From Candidatus Poribacteria bacterium (GTDB taxonomy: Bacteria > Poribacteria > WGA-4E > PCPOR2b), in contig OZ220744.1 of NCBI GenBank assembly GCA_965116925.1, forward strand, positions 5,120,001-5,184,000: a stretch of DNA of 64,000 bases, written 5' to 3'. A program made the translations under genes and the position numbers. How positions within the stretch are numbered: position 1 is the first letter of the stretch; each line of letters begins with the position of its first letter. A model generated the notes under the pieces. The model was not told the DNA's origin. It did not search any database and saw only the letters and a program-made list of their open reading frames with translations. This document shows, one piece after another, positions 20,749 through 31,050 of this stretch.

Positions 20749-21654
20749 TTATTCCGCACCGAAAGGGAAAGCGTCAATATCGTTTTCCACTGCCTTCAGT
20801 AGTATAGAAATTTCCCGCTTATCCTCCGCATCCAACTCATGGGGCGCAGGTGCCCGCTCCACCATAGAGGTCAAGACCCCTCGACGTTTGAGAATATAAC
20901 GGACAAACTGATGGTTTTCCAAGTTAATCAACGGAAGCAGACGGGTATGTAACTCCCGCGCACCGGTCTCATCTCCCGCCCACCAAAGCTCCATAATCTT
21001 TGCGAGCAGATCGGCAAATTCGCAAGCAGGCATACAACCATCTGCACCGCGTATTATCTCCGCCGGCAGCACCTTACCGGCAGCACCCCCAAAGATGGTC
21101 TTGATCCGATCCCCAGCCAACTGCTTTACCTCGCCAATGTGTTGCGGTCCTGGCTGCCTCTCCTCTTTGACATATTCAATCTGTGGGACATCTTCTGCGA
21201 GTTGAACAATCTGCTCCCCGGTCAACGGCGCGTAACTGTCGGCATTTTGCACCATAATTGGTCCATCGAAAACCTCGCCAAGCCGTTTGAACATATCTAT
21301 CGCCGTCGCTGCATTGGTCCGTGCCGGTGCCATAGCGATTATCGAGTCTACCCTCGCCTGCTGTGCAGCCCTTGCGTAGAGCAACGTCTGCGGCACAGAG
21401 ATTCCAGAGCACCCAAAAACCACCGGCAATCTGCCATTGACTGTTTCAAGAACGGCATCCAAGTTACGGATCCGTTCCTCCTCGCCCAGAAAATAAAACT
21501 CCCCGACCATGACGGGCCAAACAATCCCGTGTTGTCCCGACTCACAGCAGAAATTGGCGACAGCCTGTAGATCACTGGTATGGATGTCGAGATCTTCCGT
21601 ATAAGGCGTGGGAAGCAGACCAAAAACCCCCTTCATCGGATCAAATTTTGCCAT
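20749..21654 (-). CDS. DapA/DHDPS-superfamily aldolase/dehydratase
   Basis: TIM-barrel pattern PTPY..., GEF..L..EER, YVKEE (Schiff-base Lys) and GADGCM. Confidence 0.85.
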   Translation of the reverse strand: MAKFDPMKGVFGLLPTPYTEDLDIHTSDLQAVANFCCESGQHGIVWPVMVGEFYFLGEEERIRNLDAVLETVNGRLPVVFGCSGISVPQTLLYARAAQQARVDSIIAMAPARTNAATAIDMFKRLGEVFDGPIMVQNADSYAPLTGEQIVQLAEDVPQIEYVKEERQPGPQHIGEVKQLAGDRIKTIFGGAAGKVLPAEIIRGADGCMPACEFADLLAKIMELWWAGDETGARELHTRLLPLINLENHQFVRYILKRRGVLTSMVERAPAPHELDAEDKREISILLKAVENDIDAFPFGAE

Positions 21655-21954
21655 AATATTATAAATTCCTCTGTTTGTTGTCTCTCTAATTTATGATTGT
21701 AGAAGTTACATTGGGTTTGTAGTAGCGCAATTCATTGCGCGTCAGATACCAACAACGGCGCACAATAGTCATGGTATTTTATTCGATAAATCGCCCGACT
21801 ACAAGGCCCGATTCCTTTGTGTTGAAAAATACTGCCCTAATCGAGTTCTCTCGGTTGTGTGTCGTTGTTCCCTACTGCGTAAGTCCTAGAGCGTCTATTC
21901 GGATAATCATTGTGATGCAACCTCACGCAAATTCCGAACCTGTGAGCGAATCCG

Positions 21955-22452
21955 CTACTCTGATGTAAGTGCTTTTGGACGCCACAAATTCAGCAACTCC
22001 CCTTGTACCTCGTAATCCAATTCAGTCCATTTTTCAATCGGGAGAGCGACATGAGCAAGTGCCGCTGTCGGCATCGTTTCCATTCTACCTGTCAGGTGGG
22101 CGACTAGTGCCTCCATCCCAGGATTGTGTCCGACCACCATCACCCGCTGGTCATCGTCCGGGACGTTTTGCAAAACAGCGAGATACGATCCCGGGCCCGC
22201 ATGATAAAATTCCGATGTCAATTCAACCTTATCCTCACAATGACACGCTTTGGCGACTGCCTTGGCGGTGTTTCGCGCCCGCTTGGCGGTTGAACTAATT
22301 ATCCTGTCGGGCACCAACCCCTGCTCCTGCAACAACCTTCCCATTCGCGGCGCATCCCGTTTGCCACGCTTATTGAGCGGACGATCATGATCCGCCAACG
22401 ATGTGTCTTTCCAACTCGACTTTGCATGACGTAAAATTAGTAATGTTTTCAT
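21955..22452 (-). CDS. SixA-like histidine phosphatase
   Basis: LRHAKSSW, DHDRPL, SSTAKRA and VGHNP motifs. Confidence 0.92.
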   Translation of the reverse strand: MKTLLILRHAKSSWKDTSLADHDRPLNKRGKRDAPRMGRLLQEQGLVPDRIISSTAKRARNTAKAVAKACHCEDKVELTSEFYHAGPGSYLAVLQNVPDDDQRVMVVGHNPGMEALVAHLTGRMETMPTAALAHVALPIEKWTELDYEVQGELLNLWRPKALTSE

Positions 22453-22665
22453 GTTTTCCCCGTTTCGTGTGAGGAACTGCTCACCTGTCGCCGCATATCG
22501 ATTCCTGCATCGACACAGGACAGCATGGGTGTGAATAAGACAATTTACGCATCACGTTTCACGCATCACATTCTATAAATACGGGTTCGGACAGGTAACG
22601 GAACAGCGGGCGACAACTTACCCCATCTTATCACAAACTCAAATAGACATCCATACAAAAACTTC

Positions 22666-22694
22666 TTGTCGAAAAATAAGAGTTTGGCTATAAT
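22666..22694 (+). promoter_or_regulatory. sigma70-type promoter upstream of the PhyH gene
   Basis: TTGTCG-17 bp-TATAAT. Confidence 0.55.
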
Positions 22695-22898
22695 GAGCGG
22701 ACGATATGCTATTTGGTTAACGCTTTTTTTCTAAACTCTTGTATAAGTTCATGTGCACCCATGAAGGTCGGGTGGCTAACCCGAAAGGTATCAGCCACTG
22801 AATCAATGAGCTAATAGTTTTCACGAATCACGTTTCACGTTTCACGTTCTCTGCGTTTCGCGCTTTCTTGTGACACGAGCCAATTAGGAGATATATGT

Positions 22899-23708
22899 AT
22901 GCCTATACCCACGACCAACGCCGACGACAAACCGGCGATAGAATTCACCGAAGACCAGAAATTCATCTTCGACACGCGGGGGTGGATAGCCCTCCCCGGT
23001 GTGTTGACCGATGACGAAGTCGCTGAGATGCGAGATTTTTGCTACCGTCTGAAAAAGTCCCCGGAATCCATTCCTGAACATCATCGCTCATCCATCGGTG
23101 GACCCCTCGAAAAATTGACTGACCATCCGCTTGTTCTCGGCTTCATGAACGAATTTGTCGCAACAGGTTACTCAGGAGAAGACTGCTACGGTTTTCGCAT
23201 GGAGGGCACGTTCCTGACAATTCGGCCCAAAGGCCATGACAACTTCAGTCCTCATGGCGGACGGGGTATATTGAATTTTCCGGGCAACTCGCATACCTAT
23301 CACATGCACCACGACAAAGCGCACAGTGGATTGACGCGGGTCGTATGGGAACTGAACCCAGTCAAGAAACGCAGCGGTGGCACCCTGTTCTTGACGGGAA
23401 GCCACAAGGGGGCTTTCCCTCCACCAAAATCGACGCAGGATCGGGATTGTCCACTATGGGATGATTACTCCTGTCCAGCGGGATCGGTGTTGTTTTTCAC
23501 GGAGGCGATTACCCACACCGGCGCACGATGGGAAGACGATACGGTAGATCGGGTCGCTATCTTTAACTGCTACAATGTTGTCGGCAACAAATGGCATAAG
23601 TGGGAACCTCATCCGAAACACCTCACCGAAATGCCGTTCAAACGTTCCACACTCTTCCGTCCCGTCTACTGTCAGGATAATGTGCTTTCGCCAGCAGACG
23701 ATGTGTAA
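22899..23708 (+). CDS. Phytanoyl-CoA dioxygenase (PhyH)-like protein
   Basis: F..RGW.....VLT..EV, GGTLFL.GSHK and AGSVLFF.EA.TH motifs; has PHGG in place of HxD. Confidence 0.85.
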   Translation: MPIPTTNADDKPAIEFTEDQKFIFDTRGWIALPGVLTDDEVAEMRDFCYRLKKSPESIPEHHRSSIGGPLEKLTDHPLVLGFMNEFVATGYSGEDCYGFRMEGTFLTIRPKGHDNFSPHGGRGILNFPGNSHTYHMHHDKAHSGLTRVVWELNPVKKRSGGTLFLTGSHKGAFPPPKSTQDRDCPLWDDYSCPAGSVLFFTEAITHTGARWEDDTVDRVAIFNCYNVVGNKWHKWEPHPKHLTEMPFKRSTLFRPVYCQDNVLSPADDV

Positions 23709-23745
23709 TACGCATAATGCTAGTTTGCAACTGTTGATACGCTAC

Positions 23746-24088
23746 TATAGTGAATTCTAAAAATAATAGGACTTACGCAGTTGAACACTCAGATACCTGT
23801 AGTTCGGCGTTTTATCGCCGCAAGACACTATCTCCAACGCCCGATGAATCGGGCAACTACAGCAGAGGCTCCATAAGGAGTCCGTAGGGAACGCAGATCT
23901 GCGTTCCCTACTGAAGTGCGTAACTCCTAAATAATAGGACTTACGCAGCGCGTTCATAAGTCCCCCTGACAAGGGGGATTTAGGGGGTTGGTTGTGCATT
24001 GGAAGTGTCTAAATATGGTGAATTCAAAAAATAAAGAGACACTTTCGCACCGGTTTGGATTGTCTCATTAATTCTAAAATTTACTATA
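23746..24088. mobile_element. Nested MITE cluster: B left end, A (23768-23928), A left end, B (24014-24088)
   Basis: The A copy has TSD AATAA; the B ends carry TA duplications; several GTAG hairpins inside. Confidence 0.8.
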
Positions 24089-24248
24089 ATTTGGTTCATT
24101 GGTGCATTGCAGAAGTGTGGAAGCGGGTAAGAAGGGAATAAATCCTCTCGCCACCTCGCTTCCTCATACACTCGCCATCTCCCGTAAATGAACTGATGAA
24201 CACTTAAATGATATCGGTTCGCCGACATCACTCAACCGGAGGTCATAC

Positions 24249-25385
24249 ATGAAGATTACAGCGGTTAAACCGTTTATTGCATCAACCGGAAATTTTTTCG
24301 TCAAGGTCGAGACAGATGCAGGCATCTACGGCATCGGCGAAGGCGGCTTGAGACGACGGGGACGCGCTATGGCAGAAGTCATCCATTCCTCTGAAGCCAT
24401 CCTACTCGGTCAAGACCCATTTCGTATTGAGTATCTGTGGCAGCGGATGTTTCGTGGCGGTTTCTTCCCCGGCGGCGTGATTCAGTCCGCAGCGGTGAGT
24501 GCGGTGGATATCGCGCTGTGGGATATTAAAGGTAAGGCGTTGGGTGTACCGGTATATGAACTGTTGGGAGGCAGGACACGCGATAAAGTGGTCTGCTATC
24601 CCCACAACGGCGACCCGAATAATATTGAATCGCTCGTCCAGAGTTGCCGGCAGACCTACGAAGCGGGGTGGAAATTTGTTCGATGGGGGGTGTGCGATCC
24701 AGAAGGCGACAATCGGTTTGAGCCGACACGGGCAGTGCGATTCGGAATTGAACAGGTAAAGGCGGTCAGAGAGGCACTCGGCGACGATGTAGAGATTCTT
24801 GTGGATGCCCATACGCGGTTGGATCCGCCCGCCAGCATCGAATTCTGTAAAGGGGTTGAGCAGTACCGCCCCTTCTTCATTGAAGACCCACTCCGCAGCG
24901 AAAATCCTGCGAGTCTGAAGTTGGTTCGGCAGAACACATCCGTCCCGCTGGCAGTAGGGGAACAGTTTGACAGCAAATGGAGTTTTCGGGAAGTAATTGA
25001 GGAGGACCTGATGGATTACTGTCGGGTAGACCTCTGCATCGCCGGGGGCTTGACTGAGGCGCGGAAGATCGCAGGTTGGTGTGAGACGCACTATATCCAC
25101 ATCGTGCCACACAATCCGCTCGGTCCGGTTTCAACAGCAGCCTGTCTCCATCTCTGTCTGGCATCATCCCTTGTCGGAGTACAGGAGCTACCGCGTCCAC
25201 CCATGACGAGCCTTACCGATCTCTTTCCGGTTCAGATGCCGTTTGCTGACGGCTATCTGCTTCCACCTGAAGGCACTGGACTTGGTATTGAGTTCAATGA
25301 AGATGCGCTTGTCAATGCTACACCACCGACTCCGGGCCCGCCTTCCGGTTACCAAAGGGACGATGGGGCATATACTAACTGGTAG
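24249..25385 (+). CDS. Mandelate racemase/galactonate dehydratase-like enolase superfamily enzyme
   Basis: SAVDIALWDIKGK, VDAH, FIEDP, AVGE and PHNP motifs. Confidence 0.92.
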   Translation: MKITAVKPFIASTGNFFVKVETDAGIYGIGEGGLRRRGRAMAEVIHSSEAILLGQDPFRIEYLWQRMFRGGFFPGGVIQSAAVSAVDIALWDIKGKALGVPVYELLGGRTRDKVVCYPHNGDPNNIESLVQSCRQTYEAGWKFVRWGVCDPEGDNRFEPTRAVRFGIEQVKAVREALGDDVEILVDAHTRLDPPASIEFCKGVEQYRPFFIEDPLRSENPASLKLVRQNTSVPLAVGEQFDSKWSFREVIEEDLMDYCRVDLCIAGGLTEARKIAGWCETHYIHIVPHNPLGPVSTAACLHLCLASSLVGVQELPRPPMTSLTDLFPVQMPFADGYLLPPEGTGLGIEFNEDALVNATPPTPGPPSGYQRDDGAYTNW

Positions 25386-25569
25386 ATGCTTAGGGACGGT
25401 TTATATGAGCATTAATCGTCGAAATTTTCGATCTGCACAGCAACTTGGGTGACGATAACGAAAAATTTACTTGGAAAGACAACAAAATTCTGGTAAAATT
25501 ACAGGCGAAGTTGGTGTCTGACGAAAACAACAGCGGTTACACCCACCCAAAAACAGGAATAATAGCGTA

Positions 25570-26559
25570 TTGCAGAACCAAGAATCCCTAAAAATACCGA
25601 TACAAAGCACCACAGAAGCCCAGCTGCTTTTTGGTCAATCTGATGCCTTTCTGAACATTGTCGAATCGCGTTTTAACGTCAAAGTGTTGTTAAAAAGCGA
25701 AGGCTTAGAGATTACGGGCGAAAACTTCGATCATGTTAAGCGTGTAACCAAAACTTTTGAGTCTTTACTTCATCTCATCCGGAGTGGGCAATCTATCAAT
25801 GCGAATGATGTCAAATACGCGCTTCGCACGTCCACAGCAGATACACCTGTCCCGTTGGAAAAAGCAGCAAATGAAACTATCTCTGTCTTTTCCAAGCGTG
25901 GTGTTGTGCGGCCAAAGACCCCTACCCAGAAGTGCTATGTGGCCGCAATCAAATCACATGATCTCGTCTTTGGTATCGGTCCCGCAGGAACCGGAAAAAC
26001 GTATCTCGCTATGGCGATGGCAGTTTCTGCCTTGAAAAGTGGACAAGTCAGCCGAATCATCCTAACCCGACCTGCGGTGGAAGCTGGCGAAAGGCTCGGT
26101 TTTTTACCCGGTGATATTGAAGCGAAAATTAATCCTTATCTGCGCCCTCTATACGACGCACTCTACGATATGGTGCCTCCCGAATCCCTTGAACGTTATG
26201 TTGAACGGAATGTGATTGAAGTGGCGCCGATTGCCTTCATGCGCGGACGGACGTTGAATAATTCGTTTGTCGTTCTTGATGAAGCACAAAACGCAACCAT
26301 TGAGCAGATGAAGATGTTTCTCACACGGCTCGGGTTTGATTCCAGAGCCGTTATCACCGGAGACATAACCCAAACGGACTTGCCGACCGGGACAAAGTCA
26401 GGGCTTGTTGATGCACAGTCGGTACTGTCAGATATTGACGGTATCGCGTTCATCCACTTTTCAAAAGAGGATGTTGTCCGACACGAACTGGTGCAGCAAA
26501 TCGTAGAAGCCTATGAGGAGCGTGATGCCCAAAGGTTAAGCAAAACCAATAGCGTCTAG
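25570..26559 (+). CDS. phoH: PhoH-family ATPase
   Basis: GPAGTGKT, RPAVEAGERLGFLPGD, FMRGRT and DEAQN motifs. Confidence 0.96.
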   Translation: MQNQESLKIPIQSTTEAQLLFGQSDAFLNIVESRFNVKVLLKSEGLEITGENFDHVKRVTKTFESLLHLIRSGQSINANDVKYALRTSTADTPVPLEKAANETISVFSKRGVVRPKTPTQKCYVAAIKSHDLVFGIGPAGTGKTYLAMAMAVSALKSGQVSRIILTRPAVEAGERLGFLPGDIEAKINPYLRPLYDALYDMVPPESLERYVERNVIEVAPIAFMRGRTLNNSFVVLDEAQNATIEQMKMFLTRLGFDSRAVITGDITQTDLPTGTKSGLVDAQSVLSDIDGIAFIHFSKEDVVRHELVQQIVEAYEERDAQRLSKTNSV

Positions 26560-26670
26560 TACACTGTCAGGCAAATTATGATTGTCTATATGGATTAAGA
26601 CTCATAATACTTCGTAGGGGTCGGGTCACCCGACCCCCTTGTTGATATGCAAAACTTATATGACTGAGTA
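26560..26670. mobile_element. Family-G MITE (IS701-like ends) with CTAG duplication
   Basis: CTAG-TACACTGTCA...TGACTGAGTA-CTAG; internal GTAGGGGTCGGGTCACCCGACCCC hairpin. Confidence 0.75.
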
Positions 26671-26722
26671 CTAGCTTCGACCCGAAAATAGAGTCAACTG
26701 CCTGTTGTAATGGCGACTGCCG

Positions 26723-27154
26723 ATGGTATTCATTAACAACAACTGTCAAAATATTGATTTTGATGAAGCAATTATTTATAATGCGACGTTGACCACGCTA
26801 AAGGCTCACGGTTCTGCTGAGTGTGAAGTGAGCATTCTTCTAACAGATGATACCGAAATTCAGGTGCTGAACCACCAATATCGCCATATTGATGAGCCCA
26901 CTGATGTGCTTGCCTTTGCGATGCGAGAAGGCATCGGTGCGGATTTGAATCCTCAACTGCTTGGCGATTTGGTCATATCTGTTCCAACAGCCCAGCGCCA
27001 ATCAACTGTGCATGGGCATTCACTTGATATCGAGCTTGCCATATTGAGTGTACACGGTACCCTTCATCTTCTCGGTTATGATCATCAAACACCAGAGGAA
27101 GCGGAGATCATGTTTGAGGAACAAGAGGTCCTGCTTCGTTTGATTAGCACCTAA
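26723..27154 (+). CDS. ybeY: rRNA maturation endonuclease YbeY
   Basis: PTDVLAF, LGDLVIS and HGTLHLLGYDH motifs. Confidence 0.96.
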   Translation: MVFINNNCQNIDFDEAIIYNATLTTLKAHGSAECEVSILLTDDTEIQVLNHQYRHIDEPTDVLAFAMREGIGADLNPQLLGDLVISVPTAQRQSTVHGHSLDIELAILSVHGTLHLLGYDHQTPEEAEIMFEEQEVLLRLIST

Positions 27155-27212
27155 TTTTTAAGAAACCGAGTTTTTTCTTGAAAACTCGGTTCCTGTTACA
27201 CGATTTCTTAAC

Positions 27213-28556
27213 GTGAGCGAATTAGGTCATAGATTTTCGCAGACTCTGGTTGATAAGTTCCTTGGGGGTGTAATCCTACGTTTGGACGATATAGACATAA
27301 TTAAGCTGGTTAGCTTGGTTGTTTTGTCAATCTTCGCGGTGTTGTTCTCTGTCGTGGAGGTACTTATCAACAGGCTTAGCCGGAACGAAATACTGAATAT
27401 CGCGGAAACTGGAGGGCCACAGCATGAGATTTTAACCTCTCTACTGCGCCACCCACAAAGATCTTCTGCAACGATTATTGTCGCCAAGAGCGTATTAATT
27501 GTTTGTATTGTTGTCTTGCTGCTCTCCTTGTTCGATTTCGATTCCCTGAGAGATCGAATTATTGGTGCCCTCCTTGCAATCCTCCTCATTGTTGTTGTGA
27601 CAGAGCTTATCCCGAAAAATTATGTACAGGGCAGCTCTGAAAACTCAACAATCTATGCCCTCCGTTTTGTGCATGTTGTTTATTGGGTACTATATCCTCT
27701 AATTAAACCGGTAACCCTGCTAAGCTATCTTGGCGTTCGGATTCTAGGTGGAAAAGGCCAAACCGAACAGGATAGCAGCGTCTCGCCGGAAGACCTTGAA
27801 GCGTTGGAAAATGTTGGGAGTGGCCAAGAAATCTTGGAGGAGGAGGAACGAGAAATGATCTCGCGCATCCTCGACCTCCCCGATAAGGTTGCCCGCGAGA
27901 TTATGGTGCCCCGAACGGATGTGACGTGCCTTGATGTCTCCTCCCCAAAAGAAGTTGTACTTCAAACTGCGATCGAGTCGCGGCATTCGCGTATTCCTGT
28001 CTACGAGGAGCAGATCGATCGCATTATTGGTCTCCTCCATGTCAAAGATATGTTAGACGGGTGGGCAGAAGACGAACCCCTCGATCTGAGATCTATTGCT
28101 ACAGAGAGACCTCCGCTTTTCACGCCAGAGAGTAAAAAAATATCCGACCTCTTCCAAGAACTACGGGCAAATAAACAGCACATGGCGATCGTTGTCGATG
28201 AGTATGGGGGCACAGCGGGAATCGTGACGCTCGAAGATATTATTGAGGAGATTGTCGGAGAAATCCAAGATGAATACGATTTTGATGAACAAGACGAGTT
28301 CATCGTCCTCAATAAAAATAGCTATTCAGTTGATGCACGGATGCATCTTATTGATCTCAATGAACAGCTAGAGACGCAACTTGAATCGGAGAATGCAGAC
28401 ACGATCGGCGGATTCATTTTCGATCATCTGGGGAGAGTTCCTGAACAGGGTAATCAATTCTCTTACCAGGGACTGACATTCACAATACTAGAAGCGGATG
28501 AACGACGTATCCATCGAATCCGGATTCAGCAGCTAGAGGATACGACGGAAAAATAG
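27213..28556 (+). CDS. HlyC/CorC (CNNM-CBS-CorC) membrane protein
   Basis: TM region with ELIPK; REIMVPR, HSRIPV, VVDEYGGTAGIVTLEDIIEEIVGEI; C-terminal CorC domain. Confidence 0.93.
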   Translation: MSELGHRFSQTLVDKFLGGVILRLDDIDIIKLVSLVVLSIFAVLFSVVEVLINRLSRNEILNIAETGGPQHEILTSLLRHPQRSSATIIVAKSVLIVCIVVLLLSLFDFDSLRDRIIGALLAILLIVVVTELIPKNYVQGSSENSTIYALRFVHVVYWVLYPLIKPVTLLSYLGVRILGGKGQTEQDSSVSPEDLEALENVGSGQEILEEEEREMISRILDLPDKVAREIMVPRTDVTCLDVSSPKEVVLQTAIESRHSRIPVYEEQIDRIIGLLHVKDMLDGWAEDEPLDLRSIATERPPLFTPESKKISDLFQELRANKQHMAIVVDEYGGTAGIVTLEDIIEEIVGEIQDEYDFDEQDEFIVLNKNSYSVDARMHLIDLNEQLETQLESENADTIGGFIFDHLGRVPEQGNQFSYQGLTFTILEADERRIHRIRIQQLEDTTEK

Positions 28557-28566
28557 AAAAGCAGGC

Positions 28567-28595
28567 TTGACAGATGCTAGCGTGTATGATAAAAT
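28567..28595 (+). promoter_or_regulatory. sigma70 promoter of tRNA-Pro
   Basis: TTGACA-17 bp-TAAAAT with extended TG. Confidence 0.75.
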
Positions 28596-28613
28596 CACAC
28601 GCTGTACCATAAT

Positions 28614-28688
<75 letters not shown>

Positions 28689-28771
28689 TTATTCTCATGG
28701 GACAATGGAACGATGAAATAAGGCAACAATAAATTCATCGTTCCATTGTCCCATTTTATTATGGAGGTAGA

Positions 28772-29521
28772 ATGCCAGTTCAAAAAACACAGGCGATTGT
28801 CATTCGCTCACATCCACTCGGTGAAGTGCACAAGATTATCCGGTTCTACACCATTGAATTTGGCAAAGTCAGTGCGGTGGCACACGGTAGTAGGCGACCC
28901 AAGAGCCGTTTCGGAGGAAGCCTTGAACTCCTCAACTACGGTAACCTTGTGTTCTTTGAATACCCGAATAAAGACCTCCATAGGGTCGATGACTTTGACC
29001 TGATTGATGCCTTTGACCCAATCAAAGCGGACTTTGACCGCACCACTTACGGTTGTTATTTGGCAGAACTGATTGATGCCACAGAGCTAGCAGGGCAATT
29101 GGCAGACCAGAGCGTCTTCCACCTACTGCAATACGCATTTGAAACGCTGGCACAGACCGAAGATATTCCGTTGCTAGCGCGTGCGTTTGAACTCCAATTT
29201 CTGGGGTTGACAGGCTACGCACCTCAACTCTCGCGGTGTGTCACCTGTGCGGAGGTATTCCACGGTGCCACGGTACATTTCAGTCCGAGCCATGGCGGTT
29301 TGCTCTGTGCCAATTGTGAGGGGAACGACACAACCGCGAGACCGATTTCACGTGGAAGTTGTGAACTGATGAAGCAGCTGCAAAAATTCGGCTTTTCTTA
29401 TCTACACCGCTTTCGCGCCTCCGATCTCAATCACCGAGAGCTTAAGTTTGTCCTTTCAAACTTCATCTCCTATCATACCGAACGCACTTTGAAAAGCCGC
29501 GAATTTATTGACAATTTATAA
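28772..29521 (+). CDS. recO: DNA repair protein RecO
   Basis: T.AIVIR...GE..KI....T...GK....A.G.R..KSRF; CxxC...GG..C..C zinc motif. Confidence 0.95.
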   Translation: MPVQKTQAIVIRSHPLGEVHKIIRFYTIEFGKVSAVAHGSRRPKSRFGGSLELLNYGNLVFFEYPNKDLHRVDDFDLIDAFDPIKADFDRTTYGCYLAELIDATELAGQLADQSVFHLLQYAFETLAQTEDIPLLARAFELQFLGLTGYAPQLSRCVTCAEVFHGATVHFSPSHGGLLCANCEGNDTTARPISRGSCELMKQLQKFGFSYLHRFRASDLNHRELKFVLSNFISYHTERTLKSREFIDNL

Positions 29522-29523
29522 AG

Positions 29524-29729
29524 AGGACTTACGCAGCCAACTGTAGTTGCCCAATTCATTGGGTGTTTTTACTGTAGTTGCCCAATTCATCGGGTGTTTT
29601 TACTGTAGTTGCCCGATTCATCGGGTGTTTTTACTGTAGTTGCCCGATTCATCGGGCATAGGCAGAATCTATACCCATCGTAGGCGGGACATCTTGCCCC
29701 GCGCCAACTGCGCTGAATGCCCAAGTCCT
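29524..29729. mobile_element. Family-A MITE containing a 31-bp tandem repeat
   Basis: AGGACTTACGCA...TGCCCAAGTCCT, TSD ATAAA; ~4 tandem copies of ACTGTAGTTGCCC(A/G)ATTCAT(C/T)GGGTGTTTTT at 29540-29657. Confidence 0.85.
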
Positions 29730-29823
29730 AATAAAGTGTGAGGCGTGGGATAGTATTAGGCATACTCCGTATGCCGTAACTCTGCACACCCCGATCTATC
29801 GAGGTTCGTTCATAGTGCCTAAT

Positions 29824-29931
29824 TATAGTGAATTCTAAAAATAAATAGACACTTTCGCTCCCCATGTTTGGTAGGCACTGTTTCCAACGGCGCCGATTTG
29901 GAGTGTCTCGTTAATTCTCAAATCTACCATA
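29824..29931. mobile_element. Family-B MITE
   Basis: TA-TAGTGAATTCTAAAAATAA...TTAATTCTCAAATCTACCA-TA. Confidence 0.8.
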
Positions 29932-30023
29932 TAACGCACGTTGCTATCTATTGAAAATCCATCAATTTTCCCGTAGACGGGCGGGGTTCCCCCGCCCGTC
30001 AGGTATTCAACCTTTCGCTCCAG

Positions 30024-30140
30024 ATGAGATTTAAGTATTTAAATCGGTAATCTCGATTTTCCTCGAAACACACGGTAGGCGCGGTTTGCAACCGCGCTGG
30101 TGTCGATAGCAAATTACCCAATTAATAAATTAATCTTCAT
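30024..30140. mobile_element. Family-C MITE in a CGCTCC/GGAGCG palindrome
   Basis: ATGAGATTTAA...TTAATCTTCAT; flanks CGCTCCAG|GAGGAGCG. Confidence 0.8.
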
Positions 30141-30213
30141 GAGGAGCGCGATGTGTGTATCAATGCCAAACCAATGAACTCATGAACCAATATAACACAG
30201 CAAGGCCCCCAAC

Positions 30214-30988
30214 ATGCCAAAGCACTTTCACGAAAAACTAATCAATCTCCTCAAAACCGACCCCCGTTTCGTTGACGCCGAAGGCGAGCTAGTCAAAGCA
30301 GCGGTGATAGATCGGGCATGGAAGATCGACCACGACCTCTTGGGAAGATAGCAGATACGATGCCAACATCTACGGAACGCAAATTGTAAAATCACTCGTA
30401 CCTAACTGTGACTTCGCTTTTCCAAAATCACTTTGGAATGTCTATGACTGTTTGTATTCGGTGGTAGCCGATGATAAAGACGCGATTATTTTAGATTTCT
30501 TCGGCGGGAGCGGTACAACTGCCCATACCGTGCTGGAATTAAACAAAGATGGCGGGAACCGAAAATTCATTATTTGTGAGCAAATGCACTACGTTGAAAC
30601 GGTAACAAGGGAGCGCATCAAAAAGGTTATTGAGCAAAACAATTGCGGCGACTTCATCTATTGCGAACTAATGCCATACAACCAAGCCTTCATCGACAAA
30701 ATCCAAGCTGCCCAATCCTCCGAAGAGCTGGTAGCACTCTGGCGCGACATCGCCGAAAACTCATTCCTGAACTGGTACGTCAACGCAGAAATCCCGGAAG
30801 ATGCGGTAGAGGATTTCATCGCTATCGGTCAAGGCGAAAATGGGTTAAAAAAACAGAAAAAACTCTTGACGGAACTGCTGGATAAGAACCAATTATATGT
30901 GAACCTTTTGGAGATAGAGGACGAGGATTTCGGCGTCAGTGAGGAAGATAAGGCGTTGAATCGGGCGTTTTATTGTGATGCTTCCTAA
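30214..30988 (+). pseudogene. Type III R-M methyltransferase (mod) with a large internal deletion
   Basis: N-terminus MPKHFHEKLINLLKTDPRFVDAEGELVK stops at ~30351; another frame resumes WEDSRYDAN..F.FPKS...ILDFFGGSGTT...NKNQLY-like C-terminus; no DPPY motif and no res gene. Confidence 0.8.
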
Positions 30989-31050
30989 ATCGCCGGATCG
31001 AAGGGAGCTTTCCAACGGTGAAAGGAAGAAAATTCACCTATAATTTACTA

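Noticed and set aside
24402..25112. 236-aa minus-strand ORF
   Set aside because: Antisense shadow of the dehydratase gene, with no recognisable motifs.
29540..29657. Possible CRISPR array
   Set aside because: The 31-bp units are contiguous with no unique spacers, there are no cas genes, and the unit is a REP hairpin found elsewhere in the window.
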